Positions 18,906 through 28,287 of a DNA stretch of 64,000 nucleotides are shown here, one piece after another. The stretch covers positions 48,443-112,442 of the IMG/VR virus record IMGVR_UViG_3300039208_000529. The stretch is one strand, 5' to 3'. Below the pieces are notes generated by a model that was not told the origin of the DNA, searched no databases, and saw nothing but the letters and a program-made list of their open reading frames with translations. Source of the stretch: a virus (taxonomy: Duplodnaviria; Heunggongvirae; Uroviricota; Caudoviricetes). Numbering within the stretch: position 1 is the stretch's first letter; each line of letters starts with the position of its first letter. The position numbers were made by a program, and so were the translations under genes.

Positions 18906-20950
18906 TGGTATTACAATCAGGATTACCTCCATACGAATACGCAGTTAGAAAGCTTCCGTTTCGAGTTCCGGATCCTACGACAGATCCTTCTGTTGCTATA
19001 GGTCCATCTGGTATTTTACTGGAGCAGGCCCAGTTCGTGATTACTGCCGAGCGTCGTCGGTTTAATAAAGCAATTGAAAGTCATATTCTTCCGGACTTCA
19101 ATTTGTATGTTAATGATAATATATCTGCTGTTCAATACGAGCCAAAGGCAGACGGGTCAACGTTGCCGGAATTTCCTGGGTCTTTGATTTTCGTTGACTA
19201 TATAGAGGAAACGAGAGCAGCACTTGAAGATTTGTTTACAGACATGTCTAATGATACGGCTTTTGGGTCTGCTGAAATTAAAGCAGATTGGTTGCAAAAT
19301 CTATATTTTGCTCCAAGTGGGTTTCTTGCTGACCAGTTTGGTACAGTCGGTAACTATATCCATAGAATTCCTTCAGAATTTGGTCCAGTGCTTGAGTTGG
19401 CTCCAGATGTCCTTGGTGCTTCTGGAGTTTTGTATGATGTGGATTTTGGTGAGTTAATGTGGAATCCGTATCCATATATTACAAATATCCAATTCGCCGA
19501 CGCTCATGGTAAAACTTCTCAAGGATTTAATGATAGATTTAATATTCAGGCTCAGCCAGTATTTCCGGCGTTCCAAACTACCGCTGGAGGATTGATTGAT
19601 TTAACAGGGCGAGAACCAACATCTTTGTCAGATGCATATACCACAAGCCATATTTCTAGCAATACTGTCAGATTAGATGGTTATATGTTGACTAGCTTAA
19701 CGAAGTATAGGCTTGGCACTGGATTTACTTTTGATCAAACTGATGATTTTACGTTCAGTTCTGTAACTACTAGACCAGTTCCTGCTCCTGGGAATTTGGA
19801 TCTAGCAAGAGCGTTTTTAACTCCAAAGGCACAAACATCTGGCGTGTATAAAATACTTGCTATGAATGAAAGAGCTGATTTTCCTGATACTGCCGTAGAA
19901 TCTGGAACTATTAGTGTTTGGCCAAGATCGAATCGAGCATATCCTGCTGGTGGTAATCAAGCTGCAACTAGTTTTAATCTTGGTTATCATGTTTATAATG
20001 ATGCAATTTGGATAACAGATAATTCTGTTCTTAATGGCACAGATTCTAAGCCTTCTGGTTTGGCAATATTGTCACCATATACAGGACATTTTCAGTGGGT
20101 ACGTTATGCTGAGCTTGTTAATGATACATCCACATCTTTAAATTGGCCAGACTATGTTGGATTAGAAAGAACCGCAACTAATACAGTTTACAGAGTTTCG
20201 CCAACAATTGTTAAGACTCTTACTGCCGTTTCTGGACATGTAGCGTTTCAAGAATTTGATGACATGTTAGATTATACTGGAGAAACCTTAACGACGAGTA
20301 CGGTCGGTGATCCGGCTAATCCTGATGAGTTTCCTCTTGGTGGAGATCCAGACGAGTTTGCAGATATGTGTTTTGATGGTTCGAACTATTGGGTTACCAA
20401 TAACGAAAATGTTGGCTTTGATGTATGGCGTTTTAACTCTTCGTTTGTGTACACTGGACAATTTATTGTCGTGTCTCCAGATCCAGTAGCGACAGGCACT
20501 TTTAATACAAGAATGGCTTTTGTTGATGGTGCTCTTAGAGTTTATAGGGCGTCTATTCCGTTAGCTCCAACACTTTTAAATCAAAGTGGTATTTATACAG
20601 TAAGCATTACGGAGCCATCTGACATTGGCGGTAATGATGCGGCCCAAGGCGGCACGTTAGATTTGGCTACCCCAAAAAACATCAATGGGGCACCATTCTT
20701 TGGCGTTCAATTGTTTGCCGAAATATTCGATCTTTTTGAAGTTAGCGGTGCAAGTCATGTTGATGATGGAGTTTATTGTTTAATTAGATTTCAATCTAGT
20801 AGTAATCCAGCATCCACAAAACGCATTCATCTCATACGAATTGTAGAATCTACTACAACTTGGGAAATTGTTGCGGTTTATCAGTTAGTTGCTTTAAATA
20901 CTAGCACGTCTTTTCTAAAAAGATACGAGATGCTTTTCATGCCAATCTAG
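18905..20950 (+). CDS. putative structural protein with C-terminal beta-propeller-like region
   Basis: 681 aa; YNDAIWIT, MCFDGSNYWVT and MAFVDGALRVY blade-like strands. Confidence 0.5.
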   Translation: MVLQSGLPPYEYAVRKLPFRVPDPTTDPSVAIGPSGILLEQAQFVITAERRRFNKAIESHILPDFNLYVNDNISAVQYEPKADGSTLPEFPGSLIFVDYIEETRAALEDLFTDMSNDTAFGSAEIKADWLQNLYFAPSGFLADQFGTVGNYIHRIPSEFGPVLELAPDVLGASGVLYDVDFGELMWNPYPYITNIQFADAHGKTSQGFNDRFNIQAQPVFPAFQTTAGGLIDLTGREPTSLSDAYTTSHISSNTVRLDGYMLTSLTKYRLGTGFTFDQTDDFTFSSVTTRPVPAPGNLDLARAFLTPKAQTSGVYKILAMNERADFPDTAVESGTISVWPRSNRAYPAGGNQAATSFNLGYHVYNDAIWITDNSVLNGTDSKPSGLAILSPYTGHFQWVRYAELVNDTSTSLNWPDYVGLERTATNTVYRVSPTIVKTLTAVSGHVAFQEFDDMLDYTGETLTTSTVGDPANPDEFPLGGDPDEFADMCFDGSNYWVTNNENVGFDVWRFNSSFVYTGQFIVVSPDPVATGTFNTRMAFVDGALRVYRASIPLAPTLLNQSGIYTVSITEPSDIGGNDAAQGGTLDLATPKNINGAPFFGVQLFAEIFDLFEVSGASHVDDGVYCLIRFQSSSNPASTKRIHLIRIVESTTTWEIVAVYQLVALNTSTSFLKRYEMLFMPI

Positions 20951-21035
20951 TGTATTATTGATAGCGTTGAGCGGGGAGCTTATAGCTGAAAACAAGGAGT
21001 GTTCTTCGGATAGCTTCTTTTTTAGGAGATAGAAA
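20948..21035 (+). promoter_or_regulatory. candidate late promoter plus structured 5' leader
   Basis: TAGTGTATTATT, then a cUUCGg hairpin and T-run directly before AGGAG. Confidence 0.4.
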
Positions 21036-21707
21036 ATGGTATCTGGTATTAGATTTTTTGCTTGTTCAGGAGCTTTGGGTGGCACAGCCTCGATTCGTGC
21101 AATACCCAATATTGAGATTTTTAATTTTGAGCCTCGTGCTACTAATTCACCAAATAGAATGGGATTCTTTGGTGTTGGTGGTGCTCCAAATAGCCCAGTG
21201 ATTGTAGGTTTTTATCAAGATAGAACGCATAGATGTGATCATTTAGGTGCGGATCTTGGTCAAATGGTAAATGTTAAATTTAATGGATCGACAGGAGCTT
21301 TTGTTTCTGGCGTAAATATTTCTGTTACGGGTCATGCTTTAGAAGACATTCCGCAAAATTCAGGAACTCTGTTGTGTAGATTCACTGAGCCGAATGGAAC
21401 TGCTGTGATTACGCAAAACGGTGTTTTTAGGGCCATCAATTTAACTGCTGCTTCTGGAGCAGCTGATGTTACTGGATCAAATAGGGCTACTGGCGTTACT
21501 ATTCAGGCTGCTCAGTTAGCAGATACGGATGGGGAAGGTGGAGACACGTCTTGGACGACTATTTCAAGCGGTGGTAGCGATCTTGGATTAGCTGACCAAA
21601 GTGCTTCTGCGACAATTCATGATTATCATTTAATTGTTAGTGCGACCCCAAGTGCTGCTGGTAGAAAAATTGATTTTGCTTATTACATCCAGCTAGAATT
21701 TCTATAA
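21036..21707 (+). CDS. putative virion structural protein
   Basis: 223 aa, AGGAG RBS, Gly/Ala/Thr/Ser-rich beta composition; last gene before the terminator. Confidence 0.6.
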   Translation: MVSGIRFFACSGALGGTASIRAIPNIEIFNFEPRATNSPNRMGFFGVGGAPNSPVIVGFYQDRTHRCDHLGADLGQMVNVKFNGSTGAFVSGVNISVTGHALEDIPQNSGTLLCRFTEPNGTAVITQNGVFRAINLTAASGAADVTGSNRATGVTIQAAQLADTDGEGGDTSWTTISSGGSDLGLADQSASATIHDYHLIVSATPSAAGRKIDFAYYIQLEFL

Positions 21708-21730
21708 AAAGAGCTTGCGTTAGGATGTAA

Positions 21731-21761
21731 GACGGCGATCAAATGATCGCCGTTTTTGTTT
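21731..21761 (+). terminator. intrinsic terminator ending the structural module
   Basis: GACGGCGATC-AAAT-GATCGCCGTT stem followed by TTTGTTT. Confidence 0.85.
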
Positions 21762-21787
21762 GACACCCTATTGCTAGCTGCCATTAT
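21760..21787 (+). promoter_or_regulatory. sigma70-type promoter for the replication module
   Basis: Perfect TTGACA (21760-21765), 16-nt spacer, extended -10 TG-C-CATTAT; GGAG RBS before ATG 21807. Confidence 0.65.
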
Positions 21788-21806
21788 GAGAGTAATTGGA
21801 GATATA

Positions 21807-22214
21807 ATGACATTAGCATTTAGTTCAAAACATCCTCATGTACAACAGAATAGGTGGATAGCTTCTTTATCTGATGGAAGCACTGTTTTTGAGGATAAAA
21901 CTCCTGGCTTAAAATCTGCATGGATTCGTTTGTCGGACTATCTGCGGAGCAATAATCTTGCAATAACAAACTTAAGGTTGGAATGTTATGGCCAGAGAAT
22001 TACACTGATTCCGGCTCGCGAAGGAATTGATGGCTATTGGCAGTCATCTAAGATTTGTAGTATGCTCAACGGTCCAGTAGTTGAATTTTACTGGAGAGGG
22101 GTTGGATATATAAAAGATGGCATGATACATATTACATGGGTTGGTCAGGATGGCTCTATAACACAAGAAACAAGGGCAGCAGAAAATGACGCAGGAAATA
22201 TTTTCGCCAAATAA
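21807..22214 (+). CDS. hypothetical protein
   Basis: ORF track begins at a TTG (21756) inside the terminator; the RBS-preceded ATG at 21807 is more plausible. Confidence 0.65.
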   Translation: MTLAFSSKHPHVQQNRWIASLSDGSTVFEDKTPGLKSAWIRLSDYLRSNNLAITNLRLECYGQRITLIPAREGIDGYWQSSKICSMLNGPVVEFYWRGVGYIKDGMIHITWVGQDGSITQETRAAENDAGNIFAK

Positions 22215-22638
22215 TTATGAATCAATAACAACGCCAGGAGTTTATCATGATGCAGCGAATATGTTAGTCGAGCTGTTGATTTTAAATAGAGATATAACAG
22301 TTGATGAATATCCATGGAGAGGATGTGGGGGTCGAGAATGGGGACGACTAGTTGCTGCCATTAAAAGGTTGATCAAAGATTTTGAAATAATGCCTGATCA
22401 ACTTGCTTACTATATTTTTAAATGTAGTCCTCAAGATATAAATAGCACAGAATTCGCTAAAATGGCTGTTGTTGCAAAGAAGCTTCTTCGTAGTTATGAC
22501 ATAGAACAACTAGTTGTGCTTTATTCAGAACGCAGAGAAAATGCAAAGCCTTCAGTTTTACAGCAAGCTGGCTATAAACGTATAAAAGAAAAAACATTAA
22601 CAGACTTACTGAAGGAGTTAGAGGATGGCCAAACGTAG
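22186..22638 (+). CDS. hypothetical protein
   Basis: 150-aa ORF overlapping both neighbours. Confidence 0.65.
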   Translation: MTQEIFSPNNYESITTPGVYHDAANMLVELLILNRDITVDEYPWRGCGGREWGRLVAAIKRLIKDFEIMPDQLAYYIFKCSPQDINSTEFAKMAVVAKKLLRSYDIEQLVVLYSERRENAKPSVLQQAGYKRIKEKTLTDLLKELEDGQT

Positions 22639-23803
22639 AAAGAAACAAGAAACTTCGGAATTTACTTCGCCAGATTTCGGTTTCTTTAAGCAGGAAATTG
22701 AATCTGAAGATGGTATTAGGTTGATGTCGGCGGCCGAAGTCGGTGATCCGGCCCCCAATCGTTCAGGATCCTACAACCTGGACGCAGACCTTTCGATTCC
22801 TTTTCCAGAAGGTAGAATCATTGAATTATACGGGGATGAAGGTGCTTGTAAAACTACGCTTGCTTTAGAAGTTGCTGGCCAAGCTTGTTTAAGTGGCAAG
22901 ATTGCACTCTATGTTAATATGGAGAAAAGTCTTAATCTGTCTTTGATGAGAACGGTGCGATCATTGCGTCCGTTTTTAGATAAGGCATTAGAAAGACTTA
23001 AGGAAGGTAAAGATTTTGATCCTGATGAATGTCCTCTTTGGATTGTTAGAGCTTCAACTGGTGAGCAAGCTTTAGAAACTATTCGGAAGTTTGCAGCAAT
23101 GTTTCCTGGTGGAATTACTATTTTAGATTCTATTGATGCAGCTCAACCAGAAGCCGTGTTGTCTGGGAATATTGGAGATAGAAAAGTTGGAAATCTTCCT
23201 CAGTTAATGTCTGACGCAATGAGAAAGCTTGTTGATGTTGCAGAAAAAAATAGAGTGTGCATGATATTCATTAATCAAGTTAGAGAAAAAATTGGTGTTA
23301 TGTACGGAGATCCAAGAGAAACGTCTGGCGGCCGGGCAATGAAATTTTATTCCTCTCAAAGAATTCAACTCATGAAGCCGGGTAAAGCTCAGATTTTTTC
23401 AGACAGTGATGGTAATAAAATTGGTGTTATTGTTAGATACAAGGTTGTAAAAAATAAGGTGGCTCCTGATGGACAAGAAGGCGAGTTTCCTATTCTTTTA
23501 AGAAATGGAATATTTCGAGAACAAGAGATCATATCTCAATGTTTGAATTTTGGTTTACTTAAATTTGGCGGTAGGGGAGGCAAACAAGTTCTATTGCCAG
23601 TCCTAGATAGAGAGACGGGAGTACCAATAAAAGAAGATGGTGAGATTAAGACGGTAGCCATGAAGCAATTCAATGCTGCGTTGAGACTGTTAATGGACAT
23701 CCAATTACGCGATATGTTATCTGGTCAACTTGATGCTGCTATAAACAGCGAAGATACAGATTTGTTAGAGGAATTAATTGATGAAATTTCGGACATTGAA
23801 TAA
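22625..23803 (+). CDS. recA: RecA/UvsX recombinase
   Basis: GRIIELYGDEGACKTTLAL, ILDSIDAA, IFINQVREKIGVMYGDPRETSGGRAMKFYSSQRI, KVVKNKVAP. Confidence 0.93.
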   Translation: MAKRRKKQETSEFTSPDFGFFKQEIESEDGIRLMSAAEVGDPAPNRSGSYNLDADLSIPFPEGRIIELYGDEGACKTTLALEVAGQACLSGKIALYVNMEKSLNLSLMRTVRSLRPFLDKALERLKEGKDFDPDECPLWIVRASTGEQALETIRKFAAMFPGGITILDSIDAAQPEAVLSGNIGDRKVGNLPQLMSDAMRKLVDVAEKNRVCMIFINQVREKIGVMYGDPRETSGGRAMKFYSSQRIQLMKPGKAQIFSDSDGNKIGVIVRYKVVKNKVAPDGQEGEFPILLRNGIFREQEIISQCLNFGLLKFGGRGGKQVLLPVLDRETGVPIKEDGEIKTVAMKQFNAALRLLMDIQLRDMLSGQLDAAINSEDTDLLEELIDEISDIE

Positions 23804-24197
23804 TAGAGATGTTCGTATTGAAATTATTCCTAGTAGATATCCTATGCGTTCACGCAGTAATTCTAGATCATACGGACAATATAATCTAGGTAAACAAATT
23901 AGGTCGTTATATGGACAGGGTGCACAAATCTTAGAGGAGTTTCCTATACCGGAGACTAGATTATCGTTAGATTTTTTTATGCCCAATCATGCTCTTGCTT
24001 TTGAATTTCAAGGGTTACAGCACGATGAGTTCAATTCTCACTTTCATGTTGACAAGGATGGCTTTGAGCGTCAAAAGATAAGAGACCAAAGGAAACGTGA
24101 ATGGTGTGAGATTAATGACATCATCTTAGTTGAGGTTCGAGATCCCAATATATCTGTTGGTGATCTTATGGAGTTAGTACAGGAGTTCCGTGGCTAA
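23778..24197 (+). CDS. DUF559/Vsr-like PD-(D/E)XK-type endonuclease
   Basis: LSLDFFMP...AFEFQGLQH...QKIRDQRKREWCEINDIILVEV. Confidence 0.65.
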   Translation: MMKFRTLNNRDVRIEIIPSRYPMRSRSNSRSYGQYNLGKQIRSLYGQGAQILEEFPIPETRLSLDFFMPNHALAFEFQGLQHDEFNSHFHVDKDGFERQKIRDQRKREWCEINDIILVEVRDPNISVGDLMELVQEFRG

Positions 24198-25686
24198 TAC
24201 AGCATCTGAAAAATTATTAATATCTGGACTGGCAAGATATCCAGATAGTTTCTTTGAATATATTCAATACTTGGACGTAGACGATTTTAGTCATCAAAAG
24301 ACTCGCATGACTTTTGAATCAATGCGTTCTCTCTTTTTAGAAAAAGAGGCGGAAAAGATAAGCAAAGCAAAGCTTGTTTCTGAAGCAAAAGCACTTGGTC
24401 ATGGTAATTATCTTTCTGTAATTGATGACGGCAAGTGGTTGGATGAGGTCTTATCTGAAGTAGTTACTATTCAAGAAATCGGACAGCATTTTCTTGAAGT
24501 AAAAAGACAGTCTCTTATTAAGAAGTATATGCAGGCTTCTCAAGACGTAAGAGATTATTTGAGAAATACATCAGATTCATTATCTGATATTATCAGCAAG
24601 GTTGAAGATACTGTAGTTAGCAAAGTCACGATGTTAGATCGCGGCGAGCGAGCTATTAAGTATCTGACGGAAGATGCACGTAAACGCATCGAATCTTTAG
24701 CTAAAGATCCTGGTCATGTTGGTCTTGATATCGGATATCCGATATGGCAGTCTAGAGTTGGTCAAATAAGAAATGGATCTATTACGTTTGTTGTTGGTAC
24801 AACCGGAAGCGGTAAGAGTCAATTTGGTTTACGTGCTGCTTTAACTACTGCTCACAAATTACATTTGCCAGTTTTGATTTTGGATAGTGAGCTAAATGAG
24901 AACGATCAACTTGTTAGATTAGTTGCGATGCTTGCGAAAATTCCTTATGAAATTATTGAGACTGGATATTGGACTCTTACTGAGAGTGAATTAAGAGCGG
25001 AAGGTGTTACCGATCAAGCAGAGCTAGATCGTATTAAAGAATATAAAAATAGATTACAAGACGATAGATATTGGCAGATAGTAGAGAGTTTACCAATCGA
25101 ATATATGTCTATTTCCGGAATGGGGGTTAAAGAAGTCATTCCACATATTAGACGATGGTTATTAACAAAAGTAAAGCCAACGAAAGAAGCTAAGCACCCG
25201 CAGTGTTTGATAGTATATGATTATATCAAATTGGCAACAGTTGACGAGATTAGTGGAGGAAGAATAGCTGAGTGGCAAATGCATGGATTGAACGTTGCGG
25301 CATTGCACGATCTTGTTACTAGATATAACGTTCCATGTATGGCATTTGGTCAAACTAATAATGAAATTGATGAAGGGATTAAATGTGTGGCAGGAGGAAA
25401 GCGTATTAGCGAAAACGTTACGTCGGTTTCTTACTTTAAAAGAAAAAATGATGATGAGCGTGCATTTGATTCTAACGGATCACATTTGAGCAGGATTTTT
25501 AAAGCTAGATATGGTCGCGGTACTCCAAACGCTTATATTAATTTTGATGTTGATCTTAGCTTTGGAGAATTTAGAGAATTAGCTGTTGGTACAGTCAATT
25601 TCAATGAGGAACGTCGCAGACGAATGCAACAACAAAGAAATGCTGCGAGCAGAAGGGGCGGTGACGATGACGATGATGAGACTTAA
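24190..25686 (+). CDS. dnaB: DnaB-like replicative helicase
   Basis: N-terminal DnaB-like region, Walker A GTTGSGKS, LIVYDYIKL, FKARYG; next to primase. Confidence 0.85.
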   Translation: MANTASEKLLISGLARYPDSFFEYIQYLDVDDFSHQKTRMTFESMRSLFLEKEAEKISKAKLVSEAKALGHGNYLSVIDDGKWLDEVLSEVVTIQEIGQHFLEVKRQSLIKKYMQASQDVRDYLRNTSDSLSDIISKVEDTVVSKVTMLDRGERAIKYLTEDARKRIESLAKDPGHVGLDIGYPIWQSRVGQIRNGSITFVVGTTGSGKSQFGLRAALTTAHKLHLPVLILDSELNENDQLVRLVAMLAKIPYEIIETGYWTLTESELRAEGVTDQAELDRIKEYKNRLQDDRYWQIVESLPIEYMSISGMGVKEVIPHIRRWLLTKVKPTKEAKHPQCLIVYDYIKLATVDEISGGRIAEWQMHGLNVAALHDLVTRYNVPCMAFGQTNNEIDEGIKCVAGGKRISENVTSVSYFKRKNDDERAFDSNGSHLSRIFKARYGRGTPNAYINFDVDLSFGEFRELAVGTVNFNEERRRRMQQQRNAASRRGGDDDDDET

Positions 25687-26740
25687 TAACGAAGATCGTA
25701 AACAATTACGCAAGCATGCCAATAGAAATATTACGTATTTATTGGATCAGCTTGGAGTATCGTATTCTGAACGGGGAAATTTAATTCAAGCTAGTTGTCC
25801 ATGTTCTCAGCACGGTGGCGATAGAGATAACGATACGGCTTTTAGTTGGCGTGTAGACATTGGTTATTGGGTTTGTTGGAGTCATGCATGTGAGGAAGTT
25901 TACGGCAATGATATATTTGGTTTAGTACGCAGTGTATTGAATCTTAAATTTCATGAAAGTATAGCTTGGTTAAATGATAGATTTAAAGAGCACGGGATAA
26001 ATACTTCAGAAAAGATCTCTGGTCCAACAAACGCTGGGAAAGAAATATTTCATATCCATGAGCCTTTAGATGAAAATCGTCTTAGATTTTTGAAGCCTAA
26101 TCCGGAATATCTTATTAATAGAGGATTTGATCCTGATGTATTGAGAAGATATGAGGTTGGTTCTTGGCATCGTTTGGGAACTTATATGCACGACCATGTT
26201 GTAGTTCCAGTAAGAGATCATGAAAATCATTTGGTGGGATTTACTGGACGAACAATACATAATAAGGATTGGCATGAAAAACGTGGTATAAAGTACATTA
26301 AATGGAAACACAGTAGATACTATGATCGCTTTCCAAGAACCGGTGATTTTTTTACTGGATCTATATTATACAACTTATATAGAGCGAAGAAGTATATCGG
26401 AGAAAACAAGATATTAATACTTGTTGAAGGACCGCTTGATGGATTCAAATTAGACATGGCTGGTATTTACAATTGGGTTGCCACTTTAGGTACAAAATTT
26501 GGACCAAATCATAGAAGTTTGTTGGTGCAGTTAGGAATCAACAAATTGTATGTCGCATATGATAACGATTCTCCAAGGGGCCCAAAACAAGAAAGCCCAG
26601 GTCAAAAAGGATGGGAAAGAGTACAGAGTATTGTTGGTGATCTCTTTGAGCTTGAAAGAGTGCCTCTGCCTATCGACGAAGATCTTGGTTCAATGTCCGT
26701 TCCTACCATCAGACAAGTATTTGATTATGTTAAAACTTAA
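25673..26740 (+). CDS. dnaG: DnaG-like primase
   Basis: Zn finger CPCSQH...WVCWSHAC, GFTGR, Toprim LVEGPLDG and AYDND; start at ~25673 preferred over track start 25586. Confidence 0.88.
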   Translation: MMRLNNEDRKQLRKHANRNITYLLDQLGVSYSERGNLIQASCPCSQHGGDRDNDTAFSWRVDIGYWVCWSHACEEVYGNDIFGLVRSVLNLKFHESIAWLNDRFKEHGINTSEKISGPTNAGKEIFHIHEPLDENRLRFLKPNPEYLINRGFDPDVLRRYEVGSWHRLGTYMHDHVVVPVRDHENHLVGFTGRTIHNKDWHEKRGIKYIKWKHSRYYDRFPRTGDFFTGSILYNLYRAKKYIGENKILILVEGPLDGFKLDMAGIYNWVATLGTKFGPNHRSLLVQLGINKLYVAYDNDSPRGPKQESPGQKGWERVQSIVGDLFELERVPLPIDEDLGSMSVPTIRQVFDYVKT

Positions 26741-27716
26741 ATCTATTTCTCCGAGTAGAATAAAAACCTTTGATACATGTCTTTTTCAGTATTGGCTTAC
26801 TTACCATACTGACATTGAACTTAAGTCAAACTGGGGTGCTGCACATGGGTCGTTGATTCATGATGTACTAGAGAATTATTCGAATGGTAATGATGCAGAT
26901 TGGATCAGTAGATTATATAGAGGCTATGGTGGACTGTTGCACACCTTGGATAGATATGGAAAACCAGAGGTAATGGAGAGTCCTCTAAGGTGGGCTAAGC
27001 CTGAAGATTTTGCAAACAAAAAGCCGTTGTGCGATACGTGCCCCTTTGCTGCCGACGATGCCACTTGTTCTATTTCCAGAGAGTTCCTTGATGATCTTAG
27101 CGGCTGCCCACGAGGTTTGTTTGAAGGCTCTATTGTTATGATGGAAAAGACAATAGAAAGATATACTGAAGTATGGGATAAGCTGTTAAAAGATAAAGAT
27201 GGCAATATTATCGGCACAGAATATGGTTATAATTTACCGATAAATGGTACGGAAGTTCCAATGATTGGTATTATGGACCTTGTTATTGAAGAAGATAAAG
27301 ATACAATTAGAATTATTGATTATAAAACGGGTTCATGGACACAAGACTATAAGCAATGTTGTGAAGATATTCAAGTTCAGATGTATGACTTGGCGGCTTA
27401 TAAAGAATTTGTTCTTGACGTTAACAACAAGGGATATCAATATAAGAATATTATATTAACTTTTGACTATTTTACAAAGTCTCCGGTTACCTTAGCGTTC
27501 GACAATGATCAAAGAGAAGAAGTAGAAAATAAAGTTTTAGATAAAATCAGACAAATTCAATCTACTGATTGGATTAATAGAATTGTAAATAATAACTCTG
27601 AATTCTCCGAACGTAAGGCTTGGAAATGTAGAGCTATGTGCGACACTACTGTTTGTGGCGAAAAATGGAACGGTAACTTTAAAGCTAGTGAGGTTATTAA
27701 TGACGAGACTGCCTGA
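26727..27716 (+). CDS. PD-(D/E)XK nuclease, AddB/Cas4-like Fe-S type
   Basis: SPSRIKTFDTCLFQY, GIMDLV...IIDYKTG, QMY, C-terminal CRAMCDTTVC; start at 26727 preferred. Confidence 0.8.
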   Translation: MLKLKSISPSRIKTFDTCLFQYWLTYHTDIELKSNWGAAHGSLIHDVLENYSNGNDADWISRLYRGYGGLLHTLDRYGKPEVMESPLRWAKPEDFANKKPLCDTCPFAADDATCSISREFLDDLSGCPRGLFEGSIVMMEKTIERYTEVWDKLLKDKDGNIIGTEYGYNLPINGTEVPMIGIMDLVIEEDKDTIRIIDYKTGSWTQDYKQCCEDIQVQMYDLAAYKEFVLDVNNKGYQYKNIILTFDYFTKSPVTLAFDNDQREEVENKVLDKIRQIQSTDWINRIVNNNSEFSERKAWKCRAMCDTTVCGEKWNGNFKASEVINDETA

Positions 27717-28287
27717 TGATCACTTGTCTGCTCTGATGGAATATGGTATTGATCGTGTACATCGTAGATTGTTCTTAGGAGATATCGAAGAACAAAATGT
27801 AATTAATGTAATTAAAGGTATTTATTTCTTTGAGGCAGAAGATAAAGAAAAACCTATTGAGTTGTTTATTAGTTCATATGGTGGTGACTTAGATGAGATG
27901 TTTGGTTTATACGATGTGTTGAATACCATTGAATGTCCTATTGTTACGGTTGCTGTTGGAAAATGTCAAAGTGCGGCCCCGCTTTTAGTCGCTGCTGGCA
28001 AACTGGGAGAAAGATATGCACTGCCTCATACTTCGTTTATGTTTCATCAATCATCTGCCGATGGGGATGAATATGCTGGTCAACTTAGTAGAATTGAGGC
28101 AGAAATAAAACAACATAGAGCAATGGAAGAACAATGGTATGCCTTATTAGAGAAGCATTCTAAAAAACCGGCGTCGTTTTGGAAAAAATTAGGCAAACTA
28201 CCGAACGATACTTTTTATAGTGCTGAAGAGGCAATTGAGTTTGGTATAGTAGATCAATTGTGGAATCAAAGGGAGGGAGATGAGTAA
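27700..28287 (+). CDS. clpP: ClpP-family protease
   Basis: PIELFISSYGGD, GKCQSAA (catalytic Ser), FMFHQ (His), DTFYSAEEAIEFGIVD; GAGG RBS before 27700. Confidence 0.9.
   Translation: MTRLPDDHLSALMEYGIDRVHRRLFLGDIEEQNVINVIKGIYFFEAEDKEKPIELFISSYGGDLDEMFGLYDVLNTIECPIVTVAVGKCQSAAPLLVAAGKLGERYALPHTSFMFHQSSADGDEYAGQLSRIEAEIKQHRAMEEQWYALLEKHSKKPASFWKKLGKLPNDTFYSAEEAIEFGIVDQLWNQREGDE

Noticed and set aside
26727-27716. Cas4 as part of a CRISPR-Cas system
   Set aside because: No cas1/cas2 or array; the replication-operon context fits a recombination exonuclease.
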